20,000 nucleotides of DNA, from positions 78,169,444 through 78,189,443 of the forward strand of contig NC_057718.1 of the NCBI RefSeq assembly GCF_004010195.1. Reading direction: 5' to 3'. The DNA is from Chiloscyllium plagiosum (taxonomy: Eukaryota). Position 1 is the first letter of the stretch. Each line of letters starts with the position of its first letter. Position numbers and translations under genes: made by a program. Below are positions 10,905-20,000 of the stretch, piece after piece. The notes beneath the pieces are model-generated. The model ran no database searches. It was not told the origin of the DNA and saw nothing but the letters and a program-made list of their open reading frames with translations.

Positions 10905-11050
10905 TACATGTTAAAAACATCAAAGGACAAAATGGTGGTTCAGGAAAATCAAATTGAAGTAGATGATCAGCCACAATCTTATTGAATGCCAGAAAAGACT
11001 CAACAGGCTGAATGGCCTACTCCTGCTCCTGTGTCTTATGTTTTTCATAT
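10905..11050 (+). mobile_element. CR1 LINE 3'-end fragment
   Basis: GATCAGCCA.AATCTTATTGAATG...GGCTGAATGGCCTACTCCTGCTCCT..TCTTATG, typical of a CR1 terminus. Confidence 0.8.
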
Positions 11051-11974
11051 GATTTTCCAATGGGGATCCTTTCTGAACATTTACATATATTTTAATTTTT
11101 ATATTGTATATTAATTTACTTTCTCTCATCTGCCTTGAGCAAACTAGATGCTGAGAGTTCTTGAGCTGGAAGTCAGACCAGGTTGACAATTTCAGCCCAC
11201 AGCTTGTTCCGCAATGTCTCAATGTTAGGCATCAAAATCTCAGAGCACACTCTATAGGCATGGACACTATGTGCCCAGGGATATGTACCAAGCTCACAGA
11301 CTGGACAAATCTGCATCTCTGGGCTGTTCGCTTACTCTCTTAGAGTTTACTCACTTTGAGCCGACCCGGATGTTCACAATTTCCTTGCCTTGCCATGCCT
11401 TTTTCTGCCTTGCGCCTAAATTAGTGATGCCAGCCTCTCAGTACTGCTGTATTGCTGTGCCGCTTAGCACGGACACAAAACCAGGAAGTTTGTCATTGTT
11501 GGCAGCAGTCCTCAGTCAAGTCAAAGGAGATAGTCTGTGATCAGGAGATCCGAACACATTAAGTCAAGAGCAGCCTCCAATATCAGTCCAGGATTCGGGC
11601 AGGCAGTAGGCTACTTAGGGCGGCCAGAGTCAGAATCCTGTCCCCATAACGGATGAGGAGCCAAATATGGGAAAGCCCATAACCCATGTGAACATTTTCT
11701 GCCCTATTGTGAGCCGTTTTCCTCCTGGAATTACACAGAGGTCAGTTTTTAAGGGAGATGAAAGAGGGTGACACTGCTGTTACTTTTGGTGCAGATAGGG
11801 AGGTGTCTGCAGTGAGTGAGTAAACAGTGCAGAGGCCATGTAGAGTTAGTTGTGTTGGAATTGGGAAGTGAGTCAGTGAGGGAAGGTGTTGCAGATTTCT
11901 CGGAGGTGGTTTAGTAGCAGAGATAGAGTGAGTATGGAGTATTGGAGTGGAGATGGGGATATTTAGCAGGTGAA

Positions 11975-12184
11975 GTATAGAGGTTCAGGGACTTTCTTCC
12001 TATAATTGCTGGACATTCCTTCACAGGGCTGTGACTGCACTGACCCAGGTTCCAGGCTGCCATGGTCTGGTTTCAGTGGCTTCCACTGCCAGTCCTGAGG
12101 GAAGAGGACATCCAGAGTCTGCATCCACCAGGGCCTCTAGGTTCCAGCCTGCAAAGTGAGTGCCAATTTACCCTTCTCTTCCAT
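11975..12184 (-). pseudogene. PIF/Harbinger Myb/SANT-like DNA-binding ORF relic
   Basis: Minus translation across frameshifts: MEEKGKLA/HFAGWNLEALVDA/LDVLFPQD..KP/QTMAAW/VSAVTAL*RNVQQ/RKKV. This fits the F..LE.LV..V....LFP..W..VA..V...R..QC.KK pattern. Confidence 0.65.
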
Positions 12185-13954
12185 ATTTGGGGCAAATGTC
12201 AGGAACTGTGCAGGGTATCTCTAGATTAAAAGTGTTCTCTTCAGTGTTCTGCATCAGCACTAAGTGTTGCCTGTACATTCCAGGATATCCCAGCAGTGTG
12301 AGCTGTTCTGGTTATGACTAGTAATGCCATAGGAGTAGGGTATGTAGTTTATGAAGTGAATTAGGTAAGATGCACAAGAAACCCTCCATGAAACTTGACA
12401 AAACTAAAACTTAGCCAAAGCAACACAAGATTCAGCCCATTTCTTTTTAAAGAGCTTATAGTGATGTTCTTCTCTTTCCTTCAAATATGCCTTGAGAAAT
12501 TTGCTGTAAAAATATATAACCTTAATGTAGGTCTGTTCAACAGCTTTATTCTGGACAGAGTTTGTCTCTGTTCTCACTCTCAGACTTGCTGCTAATCATA
12601 ACTTCCTCTTCCTCTAATCTGATAATGGCATCTGTTGTTGCGGTGGCAGTTGTTTTAATCTTCCCCTGCCCATCCAATCTCCCCAAATATTGAGCAATTT
12701 TGTCAACACTTATCTAGAATAATTATGTTATTTACATGTAAACTATTGTAGTATCTTGTGGGATAACAGTTTGAAAGAATATTGCATATCCTCTGGATAT
12801 TCTCATCAGTCTCCTTGGGCACTTACTATCTGTGAAATTTCAGTGTACAATTCATTCCACTGTCAAGTTGAGAACATCACAAAATACTAGCGAACAAAAT
12901 GAAACCTCTAAAAAATATGAACTTCTTTAAACTGAGGCCCATTCCGCCCTCTTGATCAAATGTAAAACACCTTACAAGCTGTAGAACAGATAGTCGAGGA
13001 TTTCTCCTCTATTGTCTTGTTCCAATATTTATGCCTTTAAAAAGTAAGAGACTAAACTGGAGAGAAATCCTCCATGAAGCTCAACCAAATTTGAGCTCAA
13101 CCAGCCATTTTGTGTAAAATTCAGCCCACAAAATCAGGGTGTATTTGATCTGTGGATTTAACCTCCATGAGCCTCGAATGTTTTTTGACAACCATGATTA
13201 TGATGCAGGTTGGGTTATGAATCATCGATCTGTGGAATGTGTGCTGAATACAAACCTTTAGCATTGAGTCATATGGACCAAGCTAGAATTAGCAAGTGAA
13301 TTTAAATTATCTCGGTTTAATCGGTAATAAATGAGAGATCAGGTTACATAAGTTTCATTTCATTGTTTGGAAAGATCAATGGATTTTTGAAGTTTCTTTG
13401 GAAGTAAATCCAAATTATGCATTTTCTTTGCTCTTTACCACTGTTCTGATAATATTGGAAAGAGCAGTCATGATTCAGGTATGGGATGTGAGAACAGGAT
13501 GCATGAGAGGAGAGAGAGAACCGGTCACCTCGGAGGAGAGAGAGAATGGGATGTATGAGAGCAGATGATGAAGAACAGGTTACATAATAGCAGAAAGAAT
13601 GGGACATATGAGTGGAGAAAAATAGGAAGAGAGATATTTTGGGACATGTGAGAGTATAATGTGATCTGTTAAACAAGCACACAATTGAAATGAGATTTAT
13701 GAGGTGAATAAGAATGGGAACAATGGAAAGAAGAACACTCTCTCTAAGGTCCAAATTGCAATTTGGAATGTTCCACATATTGAAATAAAAGGGTTGCTTA
13801 TAAATTAAGGCAAGTTCGATAACTTTAAAATATTAACTGTACATGGAGGATAATGAGATGCTCAGAGGATTTTGTAGCAGACCCATTATGAAGAAAGATT
13901 CAAAGAATATTTCACCCTATATATATGAATGTTAACAAAAATGTGAACAAATGA

Positions 13955-14495
13955 ATTGTTGGCCTTTTCGTCAAGAGAGCTGGAATATAAAGCAGGCGAA
14001 GCTATATCATAGCCATACAGAGCTAGGACATAGGGGGGCATGAGGGGGCATAGTTTCAAATTGAGGGGTGATAGATATAGGACAGATGTCAGAGGTAGTT
14101 TCTTTACTCAGAATATTCGGGTCGTGGAACGCACTGCCTGCAACAGCTGTAGACTTGCCAACTTTAAGGGCATTTAAATGGTCATTGGATAGGCATATGG
14201 ACGAGAATGGACTTCAGATTGGTTTCACAGGGCGGCGCAACATCAAGGGCCGAAGGGCCTGTATTGCACTGTAATGTTCTATAGCTCTGTGTGCAGTCAT
14301 GGGCATATCTTAATGTATAGGCTTTGAAGTGTCCATTGTAGTTTCATCAGAATGATACTGGGTGTAAAAGTACTACATTTTAAGGGAAGATTGAAGGAGA
14401 TGCTTTGTACTTGTTAATATAACAGATTAAAGAATAATCTAATTGACACATTTAAAATGATCAAAGGAGCTATTAAGATACATAGAAACTATTTA
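13955..14495 (+). mobile_element. Old CR1 ORF2 fragment with a younger CR1 3' end nested at ~14030-14283
   Basis: LAFSSRELEYK..YRA and later CVQSW..F.RMI.G..LID.FKMIKG. Nested RGHSFKLRGDRYRTDVRGSFFTQ..WNALP with tail GGGCCGAAGGGCCTGT..TGTAATGTTCTAT. Confidence 0.8.
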
Positions 14496-15164
14496 AAACC
14501 AACAATACAGCAATTTAATTTCCTCACTCCTTTTTACTGCAGTCCTTTCACAGTGTAGGCCAGATGGCGTTCTCCAAAGCCCCATTTTAGGATTCCAATT
14601 TTTGCAAGACCCTTAGATGAGGTAGAATTTATTAACAGAACATTCAAAATTTGGGGGAATTGCTTCACTACTTCACTCTCACGTACACAAGCATGCAAGG
14701 TAGAAAGGGAAGAAGTTACAAATATTTTTTTTAAAAATCAAAGATATTGAGTATAGATTGATATAACTTAGATCCAGTAGATCTATAACCAACTGAGTAT
14801 TTCTCGGTTGACTGATCTCGTAGCAATTCTTTTCTTGGGGACTGGGATGTAATCAATTGAAGTCAGAGGTACAGCAATATTTCTTGTGAGTCCAATTTTC
14901 AGGCAAAATGCACGATTTTATTTTGGAGATGAGATTTATGAGAGCAACTAGGCAGCGTGCTCTCCAGCTTTCTAATGCAGTGAGCTGCTCTTCTAATGGT
15001 ATTCAAACAGCAACTGAAGTCAGAATCCAAATTGTATGCTTAAACACTTCAACAAATGCAGGTTCCAGTCATGCGACAAGCTGTTTCTGCTCAATCATTC
15101 AGAAATGTTCGGCTTTTTTTTAAAAAAGAGTATCATGCAGGGTATGTATAAATAACAGCAAAAT

Positions 15165-15907
15165 ATGTGGACATTAGAAATCCAAGTGTATTTTTTGCAA
15201 ACATCTTTGTATTTTCTGAGTAATTCAAAGATGTGCAGGTTAGGTGAATTGGCCAAACTAAACTGCCCATAGTGTTCAGGGATGTGTAGGTTAGGTGCAT
15301 TAGTCAGGGGAAATGTAGGGAATGAGTCTGGGTGGGATACTTCTCAGAGAGTTGGTATGAACTTGTTGGGCCAAATGGCCTGTTTCCACACTGTAGGGAT
15401 TCTATGATTCAATTATTCTAAAGCGAATCTCACTATATCTCCCTGTTGACGTTTTTCCAGAAATGAAAATGTAGTATCTGAATTCTCTAATATCTCTGAA
15501 CTGTTAACTTAATAGTAAGATGTTCACTTTGGGAATTGATCAATTCTCTTTGGCTTTCATACTTTTTCAAAAATATCTTTCTCAACTACACTTACTGCTT
15601 GACACACCTATACATTCTCATTGTCTTCTCTACAATAGCACTGTTTTAATATGTTCACATGACACAATTGATTCTTTTTCCTATGATCAGAAGTATCAAT
15701 TAAGTATGTTTCTTGACTAACCGTTTTAATTACTTTGTAGGGACCATTGAATTCTGCTTTTAATGGCTCACCTTGTAAAGGTAAGGTACTAAAACTTCAT
15801 TTCCTGCTTTAAAAATTCTGGTTGTGGCATATTTATCAGTCCACTCTTTCATCTTATTTTAGGAAGTCTTCAAATGTTCCTCTGCATGCTCCTGATAACC
15901 CTTTGAG
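15165..15907 (-). mobile_element. Gypsy (Gmr1-like) pol fragment: integrase C-terminal GPY/F region and downstream linker
   Basis: Minus strand EEHLKTS*NKMKEWTDKYATTRIFKAGNEVLV/LPLQGEPLKAEFNGPYKVIKTVSQETYLIDTSDHRKKNQLCHVNILKQCYCRE, then SEILENSDTTFSFLEKRQQGDIVR and, past the SINE, LLRKYKDVC. Confidence 0.85.
15225..15410 (+). mobile_element. 5'-truncated V-SINE (HE1-like) inside the Gypsy fragment
   Basis: CAAAGATGTGCAGGTTAGGTGAATTGGCC...GGGCCAAATGGCCTGTTTCCACACTGTAGGGATTCTATGATTC, matching the 3' half of 3829-4156. Confidence 0.9.
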
Positions 15908-16407
15908 NNNNNNNNNNNNNNNNNNNNNNNNNNNNNNNNNNNNNNNNNNNNNNNNNNNNNNNNNNNNNNNNNNNNNNNNNNNNNNNNNNNNNNNNNNNNN
16001 NNNNNNNNNNNNNNNNNNNNNNNNNNNNNNNNNNNNNNNNNNNNNNNNNNNNNNNNNNNNNNNNNNNNNNNNNNNNNNNNNNNNNNNNNNNNNNNNNNNN
16101 NNNNNNNNNNNNNNNNNNNNNNNNNNNNNNNNNNNNNNNNNNNNNNNNNNNNNNNNNNNNNNNNNNNNNNNNNNNNNNNNNNNNNNNNNNNNNNNNNNNN
16201 NNNNNNNNNNNNNNNNNNNNNNNNNNNNNNNNNNNNNNNNNNNNNNNNNNNNNNNNNNNNNNNNNNNNNNNNNNNNNNNNNNNNNNNNNNNNNNNNNNNN
16301 NNNNNNNNNNNNNNNNNNNNNNNNNNNNNNNNNNNNNNNNNNNNNNNNNNNNNNNNNNNNNNNNNNNNNNNNNNNNNNNNNNNNNNNNNNNNNNNNNNNN
16401 NNNNNNN
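15908..16407. other. Assembly gap (500 N)
   Basis: Run of N. Confidence 1.
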
Positions 16408-16530
16408 CGGGGCGCGAAACGGGACGTCACGTGACCGCCCGCAACCTTCCGGGGCGCGGAACGGGACGTCACGTGACCGCCCCGCACTCTCCCGGGTGCG
16501 AGCCGGGGATGTCACGTGGCCACGCCCCCT
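16408..16530. promoter_or_regulatory. CpG-rich tandem array (42-43 bp period) of E-box/CLEAR motif plus GC box; probable promoter edge
   Basis: GTCACGTGAC at 16426-16435 and 16468-16477, GTCACGTGGC at 16511-16520. Each is followed by CCGCCC or CCACGCCCC. CpG-dense against a CpG-depleted background. Confidence 0.65.
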
Positions 16531-16626
16531 GCTTGTGTTACAGAGTCACCACAGGGTTTTGAGTGCTGAATCCATCCAGAGTCACAGCCAGCCTTCCGTT
16601 TTTAAAGTAAGGAATATATTTACATG

Positions 16627-17352
16627 CTTCATCAGGTGGTTGTGAAGCAGGACTATAAGGCACAGAATTTAATGCAAAAGATTACAGTGATACAATGATA
16701 CTTTGAACAAATGTAAATTGTTAAGTCTTTCATCTTTTAAAATGGATTTGCTGGTTTCGGTTCTTTAATATGTAAATCCCAGAACTACTTTTAAGTCACA
16801 TGCTCAAGAATAATTTAAAGTTTTATAACAAAAGGTGACATCTCAGCTCAGACAATGCCTTAAAGATGAGTCAGACCAATCTTGAGTCAGACTGGTTCTA
16901 TTTCCAAAATGGAATTTACAAATATATAGATTCACTGACTGCATTGACTAATTGCAGATTCTGCATTTTGAGCAAAATAGAATGTACCTGCAAACATAAA
17001 TTCACCCCATAAACTTAAATGTGTGTGCACCTTACATTATCTTGAGAACGTGACTGAAAAGAAGCTCTGGGATTTACATATTAAAGAACCAAAACCAGTA
17101 AATCCATTCTGAAAAGTGAAAGACTTAACAATCTAGGTTTGTTCAATATATCATTGTATCACTGTAATCTTTTGCTATAAATTCAGTGTCTTATGGTCCT
17201 GCTTCACAACCACCTGATGAAGAAGCAGCGCTTCAAAAGCTAGTGCTTCTTTTCCAGCAACACATTTCCATCTCTAATCTCCAGCATCTGCAGACCTCAC
17301 TTTCTCCTTTTAACTTTGTTGACCCCAGTCCAACATTGGCTCATCCAAATCA
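16627..17352 (+). mobile_element. Penelope-like terminal fragment with a ~190-bp inverted duplication
   Basis: 16627-16819 is a diverged reverse complement of 17031-17222. Hammerhead motif at 17211-17245. A piece of the 3061-type family occupies 17250-17308. Confidence 0.7.
17211..17245 (+). ncRNA. Minimal hammerhead ribozyme motif with one core substitution
   Basis: CAC-CUGAUGA-A-GAAGC-AGC-GCUUC-AAAA-GCUA-GUG: stem I CAC/GUG, 5-bp stem II, palindrome AGCU. The GAAA box reads AAAA, so it is likely inactive. Confidence 0.65.
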
Positions 17353-17354
17353 CT

Positions 17355-17935
17355 GCATTTGAAGGCATGTAGCATTCAAACCAAAACAAATGAACTAGTT
17401 ACAAATTGAGATAAATAAGTACGCTCTGTTGTCCATTACTGAGACCACTCATTTCTGAAGAAGGGTCACTAGACACAAAGTAATAACTTTGGTTTCTCAC
17501 CACGGTTGCTACCAGACTTGCAGAGCTTTTCCAGCAATTTCATTTTTGTTTTTGATTTCCAGCATCTGCAGTTCTTTCGGTTTCTAAGAAATAATGGGAA
17601 CTGGTCAAAATGGTACAGCGATTATCATGGCTGATTTTAACTTACATATAGACTGGAAAAATCAGATGGGGAGAAAGTAGGTTAGATGAGGAATTCATTG
17701 AATGTTTTCTTAGATCACCATTCTACGCCACCAACCAGAGAACAGGCTATATTAGACCTGGTTTTAATAACTGAATGTGGGATCAATTACTGACCCTAGG
17801 TAGCAGAGACCATAATATGATTGAATTTTACGTACACTTTAAGCTAGAAAAATGTGGGTCTAAGTCTACTAATTGAACATAAATAAGAGCAATTATGAAT
17901 GTATGAAAACCAAGCTACCAAAGTGAACTGGCAAT
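17355..17935 (+). mobile_element. Old CR1 ORF2 AP-endonuclease fragment, interrupted at ~17445-17590
   Basis: ACSIQTKTNELV..EINKY..SITET, IIMADFNLHIDW, PTREQAILDLVL, LGSRDHNMIEF. Confidence 0.8.
17445..17590 (+). mobile_element. Short Penelope-like terminal fragment with a decayed hammerhead
   Basis: CTGAAGA-A-GGGTC-ACTA-GACAC from 17455. Body matches 6274-6417. Confidence 0.7.
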
Positions 17936-18206
17936 TTATTTTCTGGTTTTAAAAAAGAAAAGAAGGCTTAGGATAGCATTGATTCGATAGAAAGTAATCA
18001 GATAAGTTAATTGTTGTTTTAAGTCTGTCCAACAGAAAGGCTGCAGTAGTGGGTACAGTGGATTCTTTCTTGATTATGTTTTTGGAGATAAGCCTCTTGA
18101 TTAAACTTAAAATATAAGTCATAGCTATTAATTTAACCTGGGGCAGTTTTTGTAGTGGAATAAGACGGTGTTATGTTCTGGGTCTGTAGATTGTGAGGGA
18201 GCAAAA

Positions 18207-19117
18207 ATGGCCTTTGCAGTGATATGTACTTCTTGTCAGATGTGGGAGTTTAAAGAGAGTTTAAGGGTTACTGCGGATTATATCTGCATAAATGCTGTTG
18301 GATGCAAATCTGATCAGATCGAGTGGATCAGTTGGAGAGACAAATAGAAGCAATGAGGAATTTGCAACAGCTACAGTGTGTGATGGACTGCAGTTAAAGA
18401 AAGGGGGGAATGTCTCAGATACAGTCACATAGATGGGTTAACTCCAGGAAGGGTAAGAGAGGCAGGCAGGATATACCCATTTCAAACAGGTATGCTGTTT
18501 TGGAAAATGTAGGGGATGATGGATTCTCAGGGGAACATAGCACGAACAGCCAAGTTTCTGGTATTGAGACTGGCTCTGATGCAACGAGGGGTACGTCGGC
18601 TTCCAAGAGATCAATTGTGTTAGGGGATCCTGTAGTCTGAGGTACAGACAGACGTTTCTGTGGCCAGCAGAGAAAAATCAGAATCGTGTGTTGTTTCCCT
18701 GGTGCCAGGATCAAGGATGTCTCAGAGAGGGTGCAGAATGTTCTCACGGGGGAGAGGGGCCAGCAGGAGGTTATTGTCCACATTGGAACCAACGACATTG
18801 GAAGGGAAAAGCTTGAGACTGTGAAGGGAGATTACAGAGAGTTAGGTAGAATTTTAAAAAGGAGGTCCTCAAGGGTAGTAATATCTGGATTACTCCCAGT
18901 GCTACGAGCTAGTGAGGGCAGGAATAGGAGGATAGAACAGATGAATGCATGGCTGAGGAGCTGGTGTATGGGAGAAGGATTCACATTTTTGTATCATTGG
19001 AATCTCTTTTGGGGAAGAAGTGACCTGTACAAGAAGGACGGATTGCACCTAAATTCGAAGGAGACTAATATACTGGCAGGGAAATCTGCTCGAACTGCTT
19101 GGGAGGATTTAAACTAG
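18207..19117 (+). pseudogene. CR1 ORF1: zinc finger, coiled coil and SGNH/GDSL esterase (disrupted)
   Basis: MAFAVICTSCQMWE..DYIC/KC, coiled coil RVDQLERQIEAMR, ISNRYAVL. Esterase blocks IVLGDP (GDS mutated), FPGA, HIGTND, DGLHLN. Several stops and frameshifts. Confidence 0.88.
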
Positions 19118-19256
19118 TAAGGTGGGGGGGGTGGGACCCAGAGAGATAGTGAGGAAAGGGATCGATCTGAGACGGGTACAGCTGAGAACAGAAGTGAGTC
19201 AAACAGTCAGGGCAGGCAGGGACAAGGTAGGACTAATAAATTAAACTGCATTTATT

Positions 19257-19373
19257 GCTTTTGCCCGAAGCGTTGATTTTGCTGCTCGTCGGATGCTGCC
19301 TGAATTGCTGTGCTCTTCCAGCACCACTGATCCAGAATCTGGTTTCCAGCATCCGCAGTCATTGTTTTTACCT
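19257..19373 (+). mobile_element. 117-bp Penelope-like terminal insert
   Basis: Perfect 10-bp TSD TGCATTTATT at 19247-19256 and 19374-19383. Begins inside hammerhead stem II (GCTTTTGCCCGAAG). Same family as 5421-5550. Confidence 0.85.
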
Positions 19374-19703
19374 TGCATTTATTTCAATGCAAGGGGCCTA
19401 ACAGGGAAGGCAGATGAACTCAGGGCATGGTTAGGAACATGGGACTGGGATATCATAGCGATTATGGAAACATGGCTCAGGGATGGGCAGGACTGGCAGC
19501 TTAATGTTCCAGGATACAAATGCTACAGGAGGGATAGAAAGGGAGGCAAAAGAGGAGGCGGTGTGGCATTTTTGATAAGGGACAGCATTATAGCGGTGCG
19601 AAGGAAGGATATTCCTGGAAATACATCCAGGGAAGTTATTTGGATGGAACTGAGAAATAAGAAAGGGATGATCACCTTATTGGGATTGTATTAGACCCCC
19701 CAA

Positions 19704-20000
19704 TGTTTGTGAGAAGATTTGTAGCTCAGGTGCTCGTTGTTGTGGTTCTGTTCGCCGAGCTGGGAATTAGTGTTGCAGACGTTTCGTCCCCTGTCTAGGT
19801 GACATCCTCAGTGCTTGGGACCCTCCTGTGAAGCACTTCTGTGATCTTTCTTCCAGCATTTGTAGTGGTTTGAATCTGCCGCTTCCAGTTGTCAGTTCCA
19901 GCTGTCCGCTGCAGTGGCCGGTATATTGGGTCCAGGTCGATGTGCTTGTTGATTGTATCAGTGGATGAGCAGCAGACAGCTGGAACTGACAACCGGAAGC
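19704..20000 (-). mobile_element. Penelope-like element 3' end (ORF tail and pseudo-LTR) with an inverted segment from 19970
   Basis: Minus translation INKHIDLDPIYRPL resembles the tail after the GIY-YIG domain. Hammerhead at 19775-19814. 19970-20000 is the reverse complement of 19881-19911 with 2 mismatches. Confidence 0.85.
19775..19814 (-). ncRNA. Minimal type I hammerhead ribozyme, core intact
   Basis: Minus strand GCA-CUGAGGA-U-GUCACCU-AGAC-AGGGGAC-GAAA-C-GUC-UGC: stem I GCA/UGC, CUGANGA and GAAA boxes, stem II, palindromic ACGU stem III, GUC cleavage triplet. Confidence 0.85.

Larger units (their letters stand above)
17940..19703 (+). mobile_element. 5' half of a CR1 LINE (5' UTR, ORF1, start of ORF2)
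   Basis: ORF1 is followed by APE motifs CIYFNARGL..KADEL, DIIAIMETWL, YRRDR..KRGGGVA, EVIWMEL. Broken by inserts at 19257-19373 and from 19704. Confidence 0.9.

Noticed and set aside
13470..13660. RSPRRR motif resembling a hepadnaviral core tail
   Set aside because: It is a single short motif in purine-rich low-complexity sequence with many stops.
14613..15119. Selenoprotein or alternative-code gene
   Set aside because: No start or splice context, no SECIS identified, and the pattern is compatible with chance or CpG decay.
551..15907. Gag at 1131-2203, LTR at 10082 and integrase at 15165-15907 as one element
   Set aside because: Gag and integrase are on opposite strands. The solo LTR has its own TSD and no visible similarity to the first LTR.
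15822..16562. ORFs of 205-246 aa
   Set aside because: They span the N gap; the flanks are Gypsy pol and the GC-rich array.

Overview
This is eukaryotic, repeat-dominated DNA with two assembly gaps (8536-9150, 15908-16407). It is most likely from a cartilaginous fish (shark or ray), inferred from HE1/V-SINE-like SINEs and abundant CR1 LINEs. No intact host protein-coding gene is recognisable. The window is a mosaic of decayed transposons: a Gypsy 5' LTR with PBS and SCAN-like gag, a separate minus-strand Gmr1-like integrase fragment, a solo LTR with TSD, a 5'-truncated Tx1 LINE with an 18-bp TSD, several CR1/L2 fragments (one with an esterase ORF1), tRNA-derived SINEs and a Harbinger Myb/SANT relic. 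At least seven short Penelope-like terminal fragments are also present. The most notable signals are: (i) minimal hammerhead-ribozyme motifs in the Penelope-like ends, one apparently intact (19775-19814, minus strand), many in fold-back arrangements; (ii) a CpG-rich 42-43 bp tandem array of GTCACGTGAC (CLEAR/USF E-box) plus GC-box units at a gap edge, probably a promoter; (iii) candidate minus-strand host exons. Family assignments come from motif recognition by eye, not database searches.
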